A stretch of 44,433 nt of DNA from Limisphaerales bacterium (GTDB taxonomy: Bacteria > Verrucomicrobiota > Verrucomicrobiia > Limisphaerales > SIBE01), in assembly GCA_044225505.1 (NCBI GenBank), contig JBGAIN010000054.1, positions 1 through 44,433 of the forward strand. Direction: 5' to 3'. The notes beneath the pieces were generated by a model. It worked only from the letters and a program-made list of their open reading frames with translations. It was not told the origin of the DNA and made no database searches. Numbering within the stretch: the stretch's first letter is position 1; the number at the start of each line of letters is the position of its first letter. Below are positions 17,232-26,458 of this stretch, in pieces. The translations under genes were made by a program, and so were the position numbers.

Positions 17232-18171
17232 CCTCGATTTCAAACAAGAAGCAGAGCGTATTGCTGGACGTTTGAGGGAGGTTCTCCGCTGGGAATTGCG
17301 GCGTCGAGGACTCGTGATCGCCGTTTCTGGGGGAATCGACAGTTCTGTTTGCGCCGCCTTGGCTGTCAAGGCGATTGGCCCAGGTAAGGTTTTACTCCTG
17401 TCACTACCAGAGGCAGACAGTTCACCGCGAAGCGAGAAACTAGGGCGCCAATTGGCGGAACATTTGGGAGCGCCCTATTTGGTCTGCAACATCGAACCAG
17501 CGTTGCAAGGAATTGGATGCTATGAGGAACGGGACAACGCGATCCGGCGGCTGTTTCCCGCTTATGGAAACGGCTGGAAGAGCAAGATTGCGATTGCCGG
17601 CGGATTGGACGGACGCTATAGCAGTTTTGATCTCGTTGTCCAGGACCCGCACGGATGTGAGACGAAACGGAGGCTACCGCCGGCTGAATGCCTTCAAATC
17701 ATCGCCGCTACCAATCATAAGCAGCGTATTCGAGCCGCTATCACCTATTATCATGCCGACCGGAAACAATATGCCGTGGTCGGGACGCCCAACCGGTTGG
17801 AGTATGATCAGGGGTTCTTCGTTAAGAACGGCGACGGAGCGGCTGATGTTAAACCGATCGCCCACCTTTACAAAACCCAGGTCTACGGCCTAGCGCGGTA
17901 CCTTGGACTGCCAGATGAAATCTGCGCGGCAGTTCCTACGACCGATACCTACAGTCTTCCTCAGGGCCAGGACGAATTCTATTTCGCGCTGCCTTACGAG
18001 CAAATGGATTACGCGCTGTGGGCGCATGATCATGGGGTCTCGGAAAATGAACTCGGCGCGTTTGTGCGGGTGAGCGCGGACCAAGCCGCGAAGATCTATC
18101 GCGAGATCGAAAACAAAAGAGCAGCGACGCGCTATTTGCACCTGCCGCCTGTTTTGGTGCAGGAGGGATGA
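17203..18171 (+). CDS. nadE: NH3-dependent NAD+ synthetase-like protein (cluster-associated paralogue)
   Basis: SGGIDSS PP-loop, NHKQRIR, GTPNRLE, GFFVKNGDG, PIAHLYKTQVY, PTTDTYS...QDE. Confidence 0.85.
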   Translation: MSLLRKSCLDLDFKQEAERIAGRLREVLRWELRRRGLVIAVSGGIDSSVCAALAVKAIGPGKVLLLSLPEADSSPRSEKLGRQLAEHLGAPYLVCNIEPALQGIGCYEERDNAIRRLFPAYGNGWKSKIAIAGGLDGRYSSFDLVVQDPHGCETKRRLPPAECLQIIAATNHKQRIRAAITYYHADRKQYAVVGTPNRLEYDQGFFVKNGDGAADVKPIAHLYKTQVYGLARYLGLPDEICAAVPTTDTYSLPQGQDEFYFALPYEQMDYALWAHDHGVSENELGAFVRVSADQAAKIYREIENKRAATRYLHLPPVLVQEG

Positions 18172-18905
18172 TGGACTACCGCTCCGGCTTCTTATTCAAC
18201 CGACGCGGGAAGCAGATTTTCAATGCTCGGGCAGGAGCCCCGGACAGTCCGGAGGTGTGGGTGATCTGTCCGCCATTCTTTGAGGAAGGGGTTGTGACGC
18301 ATGACATCCTGCGCAATTTCGCGCGCAAAACCGCCGAGCATGGCGCACTCGCTGTAAGGTTTGACTACGAAGGCACGGGCGACAGCGAAGGGACGCTCGA
18401 GCAAGTCGGTCTGGACGAATGGGTGAACGACGCACTTGATATAGTCAGGTCGATTCAAACCGAGTTCCCGCGGCGGACGACGTGTTTTCTTGGAATTCGA
18501 GGGGGGGCGTGGGTCGCCAGTCGCGCTGCCCTGCAAACGCCTGGAGCAAGGGTGACAGCCTGGCATCCCATCGAGAGTGGAGAGGAGTACTTCCGCGAGT
18601 TGCTGCGATTTAATCTGACGGCGCAGCTCTCGGCGTGGCATAACGTGCGATCTTCGCGTGAAGACTTGATTAAGAAAATGGAGGCAGGAGGAACAGTAAA
18701 CGTGCTGGGATGGGACCTAACCGCAAAGTCGGTGAGAGCAATGCGCTCGAGTGTGTTTTCGGAAATGGCCGCCCTGTTGGGCAGCCGCATGCGGGTTTTG
18801 CTGTCCGGGGGGCGCCCCTTTTGGCACGACCCGCGCCTAGTGGATTTTGACCAAGAGGAACTGGTTAACAGCACCCTCCATGACAAAGGAGATCAAGCCC
18901 GTTGA
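18168..18905 (+). CDS. Alpha/beta hydrolase-fold protein (resembles exosortase A system-associated hydrolase 2)
   Basis: CPPFFEE, RFDYEGTGDSEG, nucleophile elbow GIRGG, WHPIESG. Confidence 0.78.
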   Translation: MMDYRSGFLFNRRGKQIFNARAGAPDSPEVWVICPPFFEEGVVTHDILRNFARKTAEHGALAVRFDYEGTGDSEGTLEQVGLDEWVNDALDIVRSIQTEFPRRTTCFLGIRGGAWVASRAALQTPGARVTAWHPIESGEEYFRELLRFNLTAQLSAWHNVRSSREDLIKKMEAGGTVNVLGWDLTAKSVRAMRSSVFSEMAALLGSRMRVLLSGGRPFWHDPRLVDFDQEELVNSTLHDKGDQAR

Positions 18906-19792
18906 CGCCGAGCTATCGTGAGTTGACGCTCGAGTATTCAGTCCGCGACGGCGGGATGGGACGGGGGATCGTGTGCGAGCCGGTCGCGAGAGCATCGCGG
19001 GCTACTCTGGTCCTGCTCTCGGCTGGGCTAAAGTATCGGGTTGGTCCGGGTCGGCTCTATGTCGAACTCGCCCGGCACTTTGCTCAAGAAGGGTTCCGGG
19101 TGATCAGGGCGGATCCGTCTCAGATTGGCGAAAGCGACGGTCGTTTGGAGTCGGCGCCGATCCAGGAGATCTGGAACACAATCGAACGCGGCCGCTTTGT
19201 TGACGATGGGATCGCCCTGATTGGAGCTTTGCGTCAGAAATGTGGGGAAGGGCCGATTTTTGTCTCCGGCCTGTGCGGAGGTGCGGTCACGGCGGAAGTG
19301 ATCGCACATGCCAAACCTAGACTCGTGCAAGGAGTCGTAGCCCTGAATCCGGCAATCACTCTTTCGACGGGATCCGGTCGCCCTGTTCGGGCGGTGGCGA
19401 AGGCGAATGCTAGAACTTACGTGAAAAGGCTGGTGTCTCCGTTCGCCTGGCAGCGGCTGCTTTCAGGCATCAGCAATTACCGTTTGATGTGGGCTACGGC
19501 CCGAACCATGCTCGGAACGGTTCCTCAAGGTGTGAATCCCTTGTACTTTTCAGCGTTGCAGAGCGCGCTGTCGGCCAAGATTCCCCACCTGCTCATTTTT
19601 GCCGAAAACGATGAGCGCTGGCATGAGTTTAAAGACTTGATCTTGAAACAGGCTTGGGAAGAACGCTCGAACGGCGATAGTTATCAGATCTGCGTCGTGC
19701 CGGAAGCGAATCATGAATTCCACTGGCGGCCCTGGCGAGAGGCTTTGGCCCGACATTTTCTCGAATGGGCGCACATGGTGGCTAACGTATGA
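18902..19792 (+). CDS. Alpha/beta hydrolase-fold protein (resembles exosortase A system-associated hydrolase 1)
   Basis: YRVGPGRLYVELAR, IGESDG, elbow GLCGG, FAEND, ANHEF. TTG start overlaps the upstream TGA. Confidence 0.8.
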   Translation: MTPSYRELTLEYSVRDGGMGRGIVCEPVARASRATLVLLSAGLKYRVGPGRLYVELARHFAQEGFRVIRADPSQIGESDGRLESAPIQEIWNTIERGRFVDDGIALIGALRQKCGEGPIFVSGLCGGAVTAEVIAHAKPRLVQGVVALNPAITLSTGSGRPVRAVAKANARTYVKRLVSPFAWQRLLSGISNYRLMWATARTMLGTVPQGVNPLYFSALQSALSAKIPHLLIFAENDERWHEFKDLILKQAWEERSNGDSYQICVVPEANHEFHWRPWREALARHFLEWAHMVANV

Positions 19793-20811
19793 CCAGAACG
19801 TTTACCATGCCATTTCGGCCTTTGGGGGCGTCGGGACACAGCGTCAGTGCCTTCGGCCTTGGAGGGTGGAATACGTTTGGCACGAAGTTGCGCACGGTCC
19901 GGGAGGTCGGTGCGGTGATCCGGGCAGCCCTCGATTCCGGCATTAATCTTTTCGACACCGCAGATTCGTATGCTGGAGGCGAGTGTGAAAGACTGATGGG
20001 CCAAGCCTTGCACGGGACAGATCGATCCAAGTGGGTTCTCTGCACGAAAGTGTTTTTCCCACTAAACCCCGGTTCAACGGAGAGCGGGCTTTCTAAACAG
20101 CACATTCTCGCGTCGATTGATGCCTCCTTGCAGAGATTGAACGTTGATTATGTGGACGTCTACTTCTGTCATCGCCCCGATCCGAATACACCGCTCGCGG
20201 AGACAATTCAAACCATGCACGATCTGGTCCGGGTAGGGAAAATCCGCTGTTGGGGCACGAGCGAATGGAGCCCTCGCCGAATCCGGGCGGCATGGGGCAT
20301 CGCGAAGCAGCTGGGACTGGAAGGTCCGAAGGTCGAGCAGCCTCAATATAGCCTTTTAACGCGTGGGAATTTCGAAAGGCGGATCGCGCCCTGTCTCCGA
20401 TACCATGGAATGGCGGCAATGGTCTGGAGCCCTTTAGCCTCCGGCGTGTTGACCGGCAAATATGATAACGATCTGCCGCTTGGCAGCAGGCTTGAGCAAA
20501 TCGGTTGGCTGCGTGAGGAAATCCTCAGTGCGCGCAGTCTGGAGCAGGTTCGGCGGATGAAGACCACTGCGACCGCCACGGGGTGTTCGAGAGCCGAACT
20601 GGCATTGGCCTATCTGCTGGCGTGTTCGAGTGTTTCCTCGGTCCTGCTCGGCGCGTCGTCCGTGGATCAACTGCAAAGCAATCTCGGCGCTTTGCGGGTG
20701 GACATGACAGAGGACCTGAAAGCACAACTCCGGGCTCTGTTTAAAGTTCCCGTGACTGAAACTATCAAAGTTTTCCTCCGTTCGATTTTTCGCCGGGAGC
20801 AGATCGTGTGA
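19789..20811 (+). CDS. Aldo/keto reductase (Kv-beta/Tas-like)
   Basis: FDTADSY, CTKVF, SLQRLNVDYVD, HRPD, WGTSEW, WSPLASGVLTGKY. Confidence 0.93.
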   Translation: MTRTFTMPFRPLGASGHSVSAFGLGGWNTFGTKLRTVREVGAVIRAALDSGINLFDTADSYAGGECERLMGQALHGTDRSKWVLCTKVFFPLNPGSTESGLSKQHILASIDASLQRLNVDYVDVYFCHRPDPNTPLAETIQTMHDLVRVGKIRCWGTSEWSPRRIRAAWGIAKQLGLEGPKVEQPQYSLLTRGNFERRIAPCLRYHGMAAMVWSPLASGVLTGKYDNDLPLGSRLEQIGWLREEILSARSLEQVRRMKTTATATGCSRAELALAYLLACSSVSSVLLGASSVDQLQSNLGALRVDMTEDLKAQLRALFKVPVTETIKVFLRSIFRREQIV

Positions 20812-21179
20812 GACTGCCAATGGATCCCGATCGTCTTTTGCCGACCACTTGAACGGATGTTTCGAGTGGAGCTAAAGACGTTTCTTCATTGAATTGCTCG
20901 ATTGCGCTGCGATGGACGCAGCGATCCGCGGCTCACAAGAATCCTCAATGTTTCCGTCCGCCCCTGAAGCAGACATGGAACGAGTGACCGTGGGGGGAGT
21001 TCTCTGCCGACGATGGGGCGTGCGTTGGTTCGGGCGAAATGCCTCAATGGATGCGGGGCTTCGTCCGACGACGACTGTTGGTTGAGACCGGGCTAACGAC
21101 TCCGAGGGCTTGAAAAACTCCGCACGTCGCCGCTGGTATGGCCTCGGTCGATCCTTGACTTCCGGGAAGGGTTTGGAGC

Positions 21180-23381
21180 TTGGAGTGCGAAACCTGGTTT
21201 GCAGTGGCCATGGCTCTTGCGCTACAAACATTCATGACCTCATGCGTCCTTTCGAGCACGTGGTGGCATTTCTGCATCTGGGTTTGCTGGCTGACGGTTT
21301 TTCTGACTTCGAGAAGCGATGGGGTCCCGGTTGCGAGCACCTGGCCTCAAGACTATTCTGTCCAGCGGGACGATTTGGCCGGCGTTCTAAGTCTGCGCAC
21401 TCCGTTCTATGAGGTCGTCCATGACTTAAAGCGGGGTGGAGCCATTGCGGCGATTCGACTCACTCATGGCCTCGCAACAAACCTGTTGACTCATCCCATG
21501 GAGGCGCGATTGCGCAACGCGGACGATGTTCTTTTTCGCGATGCCCTCGATTCAGAAGCGACGGTATCGAACCACAAAGAGGGGACATTCGAGATTGTCA
21601 CGGTTGAGGGCAAGCTCAAGGATGCGAATGGCCGGATTCTCGACGTGGTTGTCAAATCCATATTCGAATACCATTGGGGTTACATCAAGATCCACAAGGA
21701 ATTCCGCCGCTTGTCCCCATCCGTGAAGGTGCGCGAAGTCTGTCCGTTTGCGACCGTCGTTGCTCCCAATCTCACGAGCTACGGGTATCGGGAAGGCATC
21801 ACAGAATACGAAGGAGCCCCCCCTTTCTCCTTTGATAGTAATCGTTGGGGAAAACTCCTTGCCACGTCACCAAATGATCCGCTGGTGCAAACAGGGTTTA
21901 TGCCACGCTCCGTGCTGTTAGCGGACCCCGGTGTCGAAGGTTTGGAATGGTTCGCCGGGTCGGACTTATGGCAATGGGACCTGCAGTTATCCGATCGCCG
22001 TGGCCAAGGGCGCTTCACGTTGCGTCGAAGTCTCGATAGCCCCGGTCTGAGCCTCTCGATTGCTCCCTTATCCAGGACCGAGAGGAGCATTGAGTTGCCC
22101 AGTAAATGCACTTTTGATTTCTATGTTGGCATCCCGTTGCTCGAGGGACACGTCCTTCGGCCATGGTTCCACACCTCGTTCAACCGAAATCGCGGGGAAT
22201 GGGTCTCAACCACTCAGATTCACGCTTGGGCTGAAGCCGGGATTCAAACGGTTCATTGCCATAACGACGGCGACTACTACGAGGACGGACTCTTTTGGCG
22301 CGACGGCGCCTATCCGCCTTACCCGGACATGGAGCGGTTTGACCGCGTTGTTTCCGATTGCCAGCGCGCTGGACTGAAGGTCGCCACCTACTTTTCGAAC
22401 AAGGAATTGCACCCCAGCACTCGTGAGTACCAGGACCATGGACGCGACTGGGGGCGGATGAATCGCGAGGGCAAGTTGCAGCACAATGTTTTCCGCGGAA
22501 CCAACGAGTTTGGAGTTCAGATGTGCCTGCGCTCGGGATGGCTTGAGTTCCTGAAATTGTCCATCGACCGTGCCGTGAGGAATCATCATCTCGACGGCGT
22601 CTACTATGACTGGAACGTCGCGTTGGCGTGCTTCAATCCCCTTCATGAAGGCAAGAAATCCGATGCCACCGCGACAGGCCACTGGGACATCGACGAATTG
22701 CTTAATCTCATGGAGTGGACACGACAACGAGTTGGCGCGAACGGATTGATCATCGTCCACAATACTACCACTCCGATGTTCACGATGGAAAATTTCGCCG
22801 ACAAGATCGTTGCCAATGAATGGGGTTACGGAACCTGGAAAGACGACGGTCCCGCGCTCAACCAACTGCCGCTGGAGTGGTCGCTAGTGAATGCCCGCGC
22901 TCGCGGCGTCATCAGTTACGGACAACTCAACGAGCAATCACCGAAGCGTTTGTATCGCATGTTCGCGTTGGAAGCGCTCGTGAGCGGCGTGACGCCATGG
23001 CCCGCCAGTTCCGAGGCCTTTGAGCTCTGGGCGCCGTTGCGCCGCGTCGATGTCGAAAAATTCGTATTTGCCGATTGGCGCAACCCAGCGGTCGTTCTGG
23101 GCAACGACCGTTGCACTTCGGCCATCTACAGTCGCCCCCAGGAGTCGTACATCGTGATCGGGAACCTGACCGGGGCGGCGCAAAACGTCCACTTTCGGCT
23201 TTTCCCAGAAAAGCTTCCTTGCCCTATGGCGAATCCAGGCATCGTCACGCTCGTGCATGAAGGGAGTGGCCGGGAAACAAACGTGCTCGCTTCTCGCCTC
23301 GATATTCGTCAACTCCTCGGCGATGGCATTCCGCTCACGCTGCCTCCGGACGGCACCCTGTGGTTAAAAATTCAACCGTAA
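21180..23381 (+). CDS. Large putative secreted glycoside-hydrolase-like (TIM-barrel) protein
   Basis: Hydrophobic N-terminus; the C-terminal half has GLKVATYFS, MCLRSGW and LDGVYYDW, typical of GH-like barrels. True start uncertain (21180, 21210 or 21234). Confidence 0.65.
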   Translation: MECETWFAVAMALALQTFMTSCVLSSTWWHFCIWVCWLTVFLTSRSDGVPVASTWPQDYSVQRDDLAGVLSLRTPFYEVVHDLKRGGAIAAIRLTHGLATNLLTHPMEARLRNADDVLFRDALDSEATVSNHKEGTFEIVTVEGKLKDANGRILDVVVKSIFEYHWGYIKIHKEFRRLSPSVKVREVCPFATVVAPNLTSYGYREGITEYEGAPPFSFDSNRWGKLLATSPNDPLVQTGFMPRSVLLADPGVEGLEWFAGSDLWQWDLQLSDRRGQGRFTLRRSLDSPGLSLSIAPLSRTERSIELPSKCTFDFYVGIPLLEGHVLRPWFHTSFNRNRGEWVSTTQIHAWAEAGIQTVHCHNDGDYYEDGLFWRDGAYPPYPDMERFDRVVSDCQRAGLKVATYFSNKELHPSTREYQDHGRDWGRMNREGKLQHNVFRGTNEFGVQMCLRSGWLEFLKLSIDRAVRNHHLDGVYYDWNVALACFNPLHEGKKSDATATGHWDIDELLNLMEWTRQRVGANGLIIVHNTTTPMFTMENFADKIVANEWGYGTWKDDGPALNQLPLEWSLVNARARGVISYGQLNEQSPKRLYRMFALEALVSGVTPWPASSEAFELWAPLRRVDVEKFVFADWRNPAVVLGNDRCTSAIYSRPQESYIVIGNLTGAAQNVHFRLFPEKLPCPMANPGIVTLVHEGSGRETNVLASRLDIRQLLGDGIPLTLPPDGTLWLKIQP

Positions 23382-23387
23382 AACCCA

Positions 23388-24689
23388 ATGAATGAGAAAC
23401 GCCTCGCTTTAGCCCTTCTGGGCTGCGGCGCCCGCGCCCAAACCTATGCGGCTCTGGCCTCGCGCCAACCGGAACGATTTCACATTGTCGCCGGCGCCGA
23501 TCCCTTGCCGGAACGTATCGAGAAGGTTCGCGTGTTCTCGAGTGCGCCCGAGTTTCGTGCTTTTCCGAGCGGTCAAGCGTTGCTGTCGGCCGGGAAAATT
23601 GCCGATGTCCTCGTCATCGCTACGCAAGATAATGATCACTTCGAGCCCTGTCGGCAGGCGCTCGCCCTGGGCTATGACGTGTTGTTGGAAAAGCCAATCG
23701 CGACCCGAGTCGAACAAGTCTTGGCCATTGAACAATTGGCCTTAAAACACGGGCGTCGCGTGATGGTGTGCTTCGTCCTGCGCTTTGCCGCATTTTACCG
23801 CAAGGTCAAAGAAATCATAGCCTCGGGCGCTCTGGGCGAGATTGTTTCCATCCAAGCGAGCGAAGGCGTAATGCCTTGGCACCAGGCTCACTCTTTTGTT
23901 CGGGGACATTGGTCGGTTGTGGGCAAAAGCTCGCCGATGATTCTCTCCAAGTGTTGCCATGACGCCGATATTATTCCCTGGCTTGTGGGAAAGTCTTGTC
24001 GAAGCGTTGCTAGTTTCGGTTCACTGGAGTACTTCCGACGAGAACGGGCCCCTCAGCATGCTCCACGCCGATGCACGGACGGTTGCCCGGTCGGCGACGA
24101 ATGTTCCTACAACGCACTTCGCTACGCTGGAGATCAGCGCAACCCTTGGTTGGGAATGGTCTATGATCGAGCTGCTTCGGCCTCGCCGGAGGAAGTTGTC
24201 GGCTGGTTGCGCGAGAGCCCGTGGGGCCGTTGCGTTTACCATTGCGATAACGACGCGGTGGATCGACAAGTCCTGCTGCTCGAATTCGAAGGAGGCATTA
24301 CCGGGACGTTCACTATGACCGCGTTCGAGAATGGTCGCCACTTGGAGATCTATGGAACGCGCGGAGTTCTGAAAGGCGGCGAAACGTATCGTCATCAATT
24401 TGGCACACACCTGGTTTTGCTGCCGCACGAAGGGGAGCCGAAGCGCTTCACAGTGCAGGCTGCGGACGGTGGCTACGAACTGCACGGAGGCGGTGACGCC
24501 GGCTTAATAGAGGCGCTTCACACCGAGATGACCGCACCTCCCGGAGCGCCTCTGCAAGCTGCGATCTCAGCCACGGTGCACAGTCATCTTTTGGCCTTTG
24601 CGGCGGAGGAAGCTCGCCTTTCCCGGCAGGTGGTTGACATCTCGGAGTTTCAAGCGCGTCATTCCGGAAATATTCCGGCCGGCGCCTGA
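23388..24689 (+). CDS. Gfo/Idh/MocA family oxidoreductase
   Basis: GCGARA, IATQD..H, LLEKP, HSFVRGHW, KCCHD, HGGGD. Confidence 0.92.
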   Translation: MNEKRLALALLGCGARAQTYAALASRQPERFHIVAGADPLPERIEKVRVFSSAPEFRAFPSGQALLSAGKIADVLVIATQDNDHFEPCRQALALGYDVLLEKPIATRVEQVLAIEQLALKHGRRVMVCFVLRFAAFYRKVKEIIASGALGEIVSIQASEGVMPWHQAHSFVRGHWSVVGKSSPMILSKCCHDADIIPWLVGKSCRSVASFGSLEYFRRERAPQHAPRRCTDGCPVGDECSYNALRYAGDQRNPWLGMVYDRAASASPEEVVGWLRESPWGRCVYHCDNDAVDRQVLLLEFEGGITGTFTMTAFENGRHLEIYGTRGVLKGGETYRHQFGTHLVLLPHEGEPKRFTVQAADGGYELHGGGDAGLIEALHTEMTAPPGAPLQAAISATVHSHLLAFAAEEARLSRQVVDISEFQARHSGNIPAGA

Positions 24690-24848
24690 CGTGAACGTCT
24701 ACGGGGTGAACGGGGCTCCGCCGGACCTTTGCGGGTCTGTGCGAATCGCGCGGCGACAGCGCTGACTTTACCTCCGGTTGAGACATGGTCCCGAGTCTCT
24801 CTTGGACCGCATCACGCATTGCAACCGATGAGTCGTTGGGAGAGCATT

Positions 24849-24877
24849 TGTAAGATGTTCGACGTTGTCCGTGACTA
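24849..24877 (+). promoter_or_regulatory. Putative ECF-sigma-type promoter TGTAAG-N18-GACTA
   Basis: TGTAAG at 24849-24854 and GACT at 24873-24876; ATG follows at 24886. Confidence 0.4.
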
Positions 24878-24885
24878 AGACAGCT

Positions 24886-25911
24886 ATGATTAATGGCAAA
24901 GAGCGCATCCAGCGCGCGATGCAGGGTGTGCCAATGGATCATCCTCCGATCGGTCCGCTCGCGGTGCATTACTGCGCGGGCTTGGGGGGCGTTTCGTTCC
25001 GGGACTACACGCTTAACAGTCGCACTCTTGCGGATTGCGTGGTTCGTTACTACGAACGATTCCGACCGGACGCGGTTTGGATTTCTGCCGACACCTGGGT
25101 CAGCGCCGAGGCGGCTGGAGCGGAAGTCGCTTTTCCTGGTGAAGATCAACCGATGGGCGGAACGGGAACTCCCTTAATCCGAGAGGCGGCTGATATCGAA
25201 CGAATCCCTATGCCGGATCCGTCGTCTCAAGGGCGATGGCCAACGATGATTAAGGCGCTTACGGAGGTGCGCTCTCGCCTCGGACAGGAGGTCTGCATTG
25301 TGGCTTGTTTTGACCAGTATCCTTTCTCTTTGGCTTGCGCCCTAATGGGTTTGGAAAATCTTCTTCTCAGAATCCGCGACGATCGACCCATGATCGAAGC
25401 ACTCCTGGAACGATGCTCGGAGTATGGGATTGTTTACGGCCGCGCCCTAGCTGCGGCCGGCGCTGACATTTTGAGCGGCGGCGATTCACCCGCGGGTCTG
25501 ATCGGTCCCGCGCTTTATCGCCGTTTGGCATGGCCGTGGGAACGGGCCGTCATTTCGGCACTTCGCGCCTCCACTTCCCTGCCGGTATCTCTGCACATCT
25601 GCGGAAATGCCACGCCTTTGCTGCCGGACATGGCGACTTCTGGTGCCGATATCCTGGAACTGGATCAAAGTGTTGATTTGCCTGCGGCAGCCTTAACCGT
25701 TGGGCCGGAAACGACACTTTGGGGAAACATCGATCCGGTGCAAGTGCTCGCCCAAGGGAACGCGGTGCAGGTTCGCCAAACCGTCCGATCGCTCATCGAG
25801 GCCATGGCGCAGATTGGGCATCGCCGTTTCGTCCTGAGTTCAGGCTGTACGCTGGCCATGGAGACGCCCGTTGAAAACCTTCAAGCGCTGTTCGATGCCG
25901 GCCGAGAATAG
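24886..25911 (+). CDS. Uroporphyrinogen decarboxylase-family / MtaA-CmuA-like methyltransferase
   Basis: NGKERI..A..G...DHPP, PFSLAC.LMG.E, LHICGN, LWGNIDP, LSSGC. Start placed at ATG 24886; the ORF track gives TTG 24865. Confidence 0.85.
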   Translation: MINGKERIQRAMQGVPMDHPPIGPLAVHYCAGLGGVSFRDYTLNSRTLADCVVRYYERFRPDAVWISADTWVSAEAAGAEVAFPGEDQPMGGTGTPLIREAADIERIPMPDPSSQGRWPTMIKALTEVRSRLGQEVCIVACFDQYPFSLACALMGLENLLLRIRDDRPMIEALLERCSEYGIVYGRALAAAGADILSGGDSPAGLIGPALYRRLAWPWERAVISALRASTSLPVSLHICGNATPLLPDMATSGADILELDQSVDLPAAALTVGPETTLWGNIDPVQVLAQGNAVQVRQTVRSLIEAMAQIGHRRFVLSSGCTLAMETPVENLQALFDAGRE

Positions 25912-25972
25912 TGACTGAGTCAATACCACCGGAAAGTGGCAACTTTCACATTCACTGATAATTTGCCGGGAC

Positions 25973-26458
25973 ATGCACGCTCGATCGATCCAGACCCCCC
26001 GTCTCAAGCTGGTTCTGCAGACTTCAGAGGATATTCGAAGATATTTAGACGAAATCCCGGCGCAGGCTCGCGCGGAAATCTCCCCCGCTTGGCTCGCCCT
26101 CGTGGATGGCGCAGTAGAGTCCGATCCCTGGATCCATGGTTTTCTGATCTTGGACCGCGCGAGTGACCGTCTCATCGGGAGATGTGGGTTTAAGGGACGT
26201 CCAGATTTAGAGGGCGTCGTAGAAATCGCTTACGGCGTAAACCCAGACGAGGAAGGTAAAGGCTATGCCACAGAAGCGGCGTCCGAATTGGTAAAGTTCG
26301 CTTTTGAACACGACAACGTTCGAAAGGTTCGAGCGCATACGTTGCCGGAAAATAATGCCTCCGGTCGGGTCTTAACCAAATGCGGATTCCAGCGGACAGG
26401 GGAAGTGATCGACCCTGAGGACGGTCGGGTTTGGCGGTGGGAAGCTCATCGGCGGTAA
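25973..26458 (+). CDS. GNAT N-acetyltransferase (RimJ/RimL-like)
   Basis: IQTPRLKL, EIAYGV..EEGKGYATEA, NNASGRVLTKCGF. Confidence 0.92.
   Translation: MHARSIQTPRLKLVLQTSEDIRRYLDEIPAQARAEISPAWLALVDGAVESDPWIHGFLILDRASDRLIGRCGFKGRPDLEGVVEIAYGVNPDEEGKGYATEAASELVKFAFEHDNVRKVRAHTLPENNASGRVLTKCGFQRTGEVIDPEDGRVWRWEAHRR

Noticed and set aside
20812..21179. ncRNA or small gene in this intergenic gap
   Set aside because: I saw no convincing ORF, hairpin or known RNA motif.
24886..25911. Calling this gene hemE
   Set aside because: It lacks the HemE N-terminal RQAGR motif and instead has MT2-like Zn ligands.
25973..26458. GNAT (or the 39171-39470 gene) as the RHS immunity protein
   Set aside because: The GNAT is an ordinary RimJ/RimL type, 351 bp upstream of the RHS gene. 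The small gene is over 5 kb away, beyond an oppositely oriented gene.
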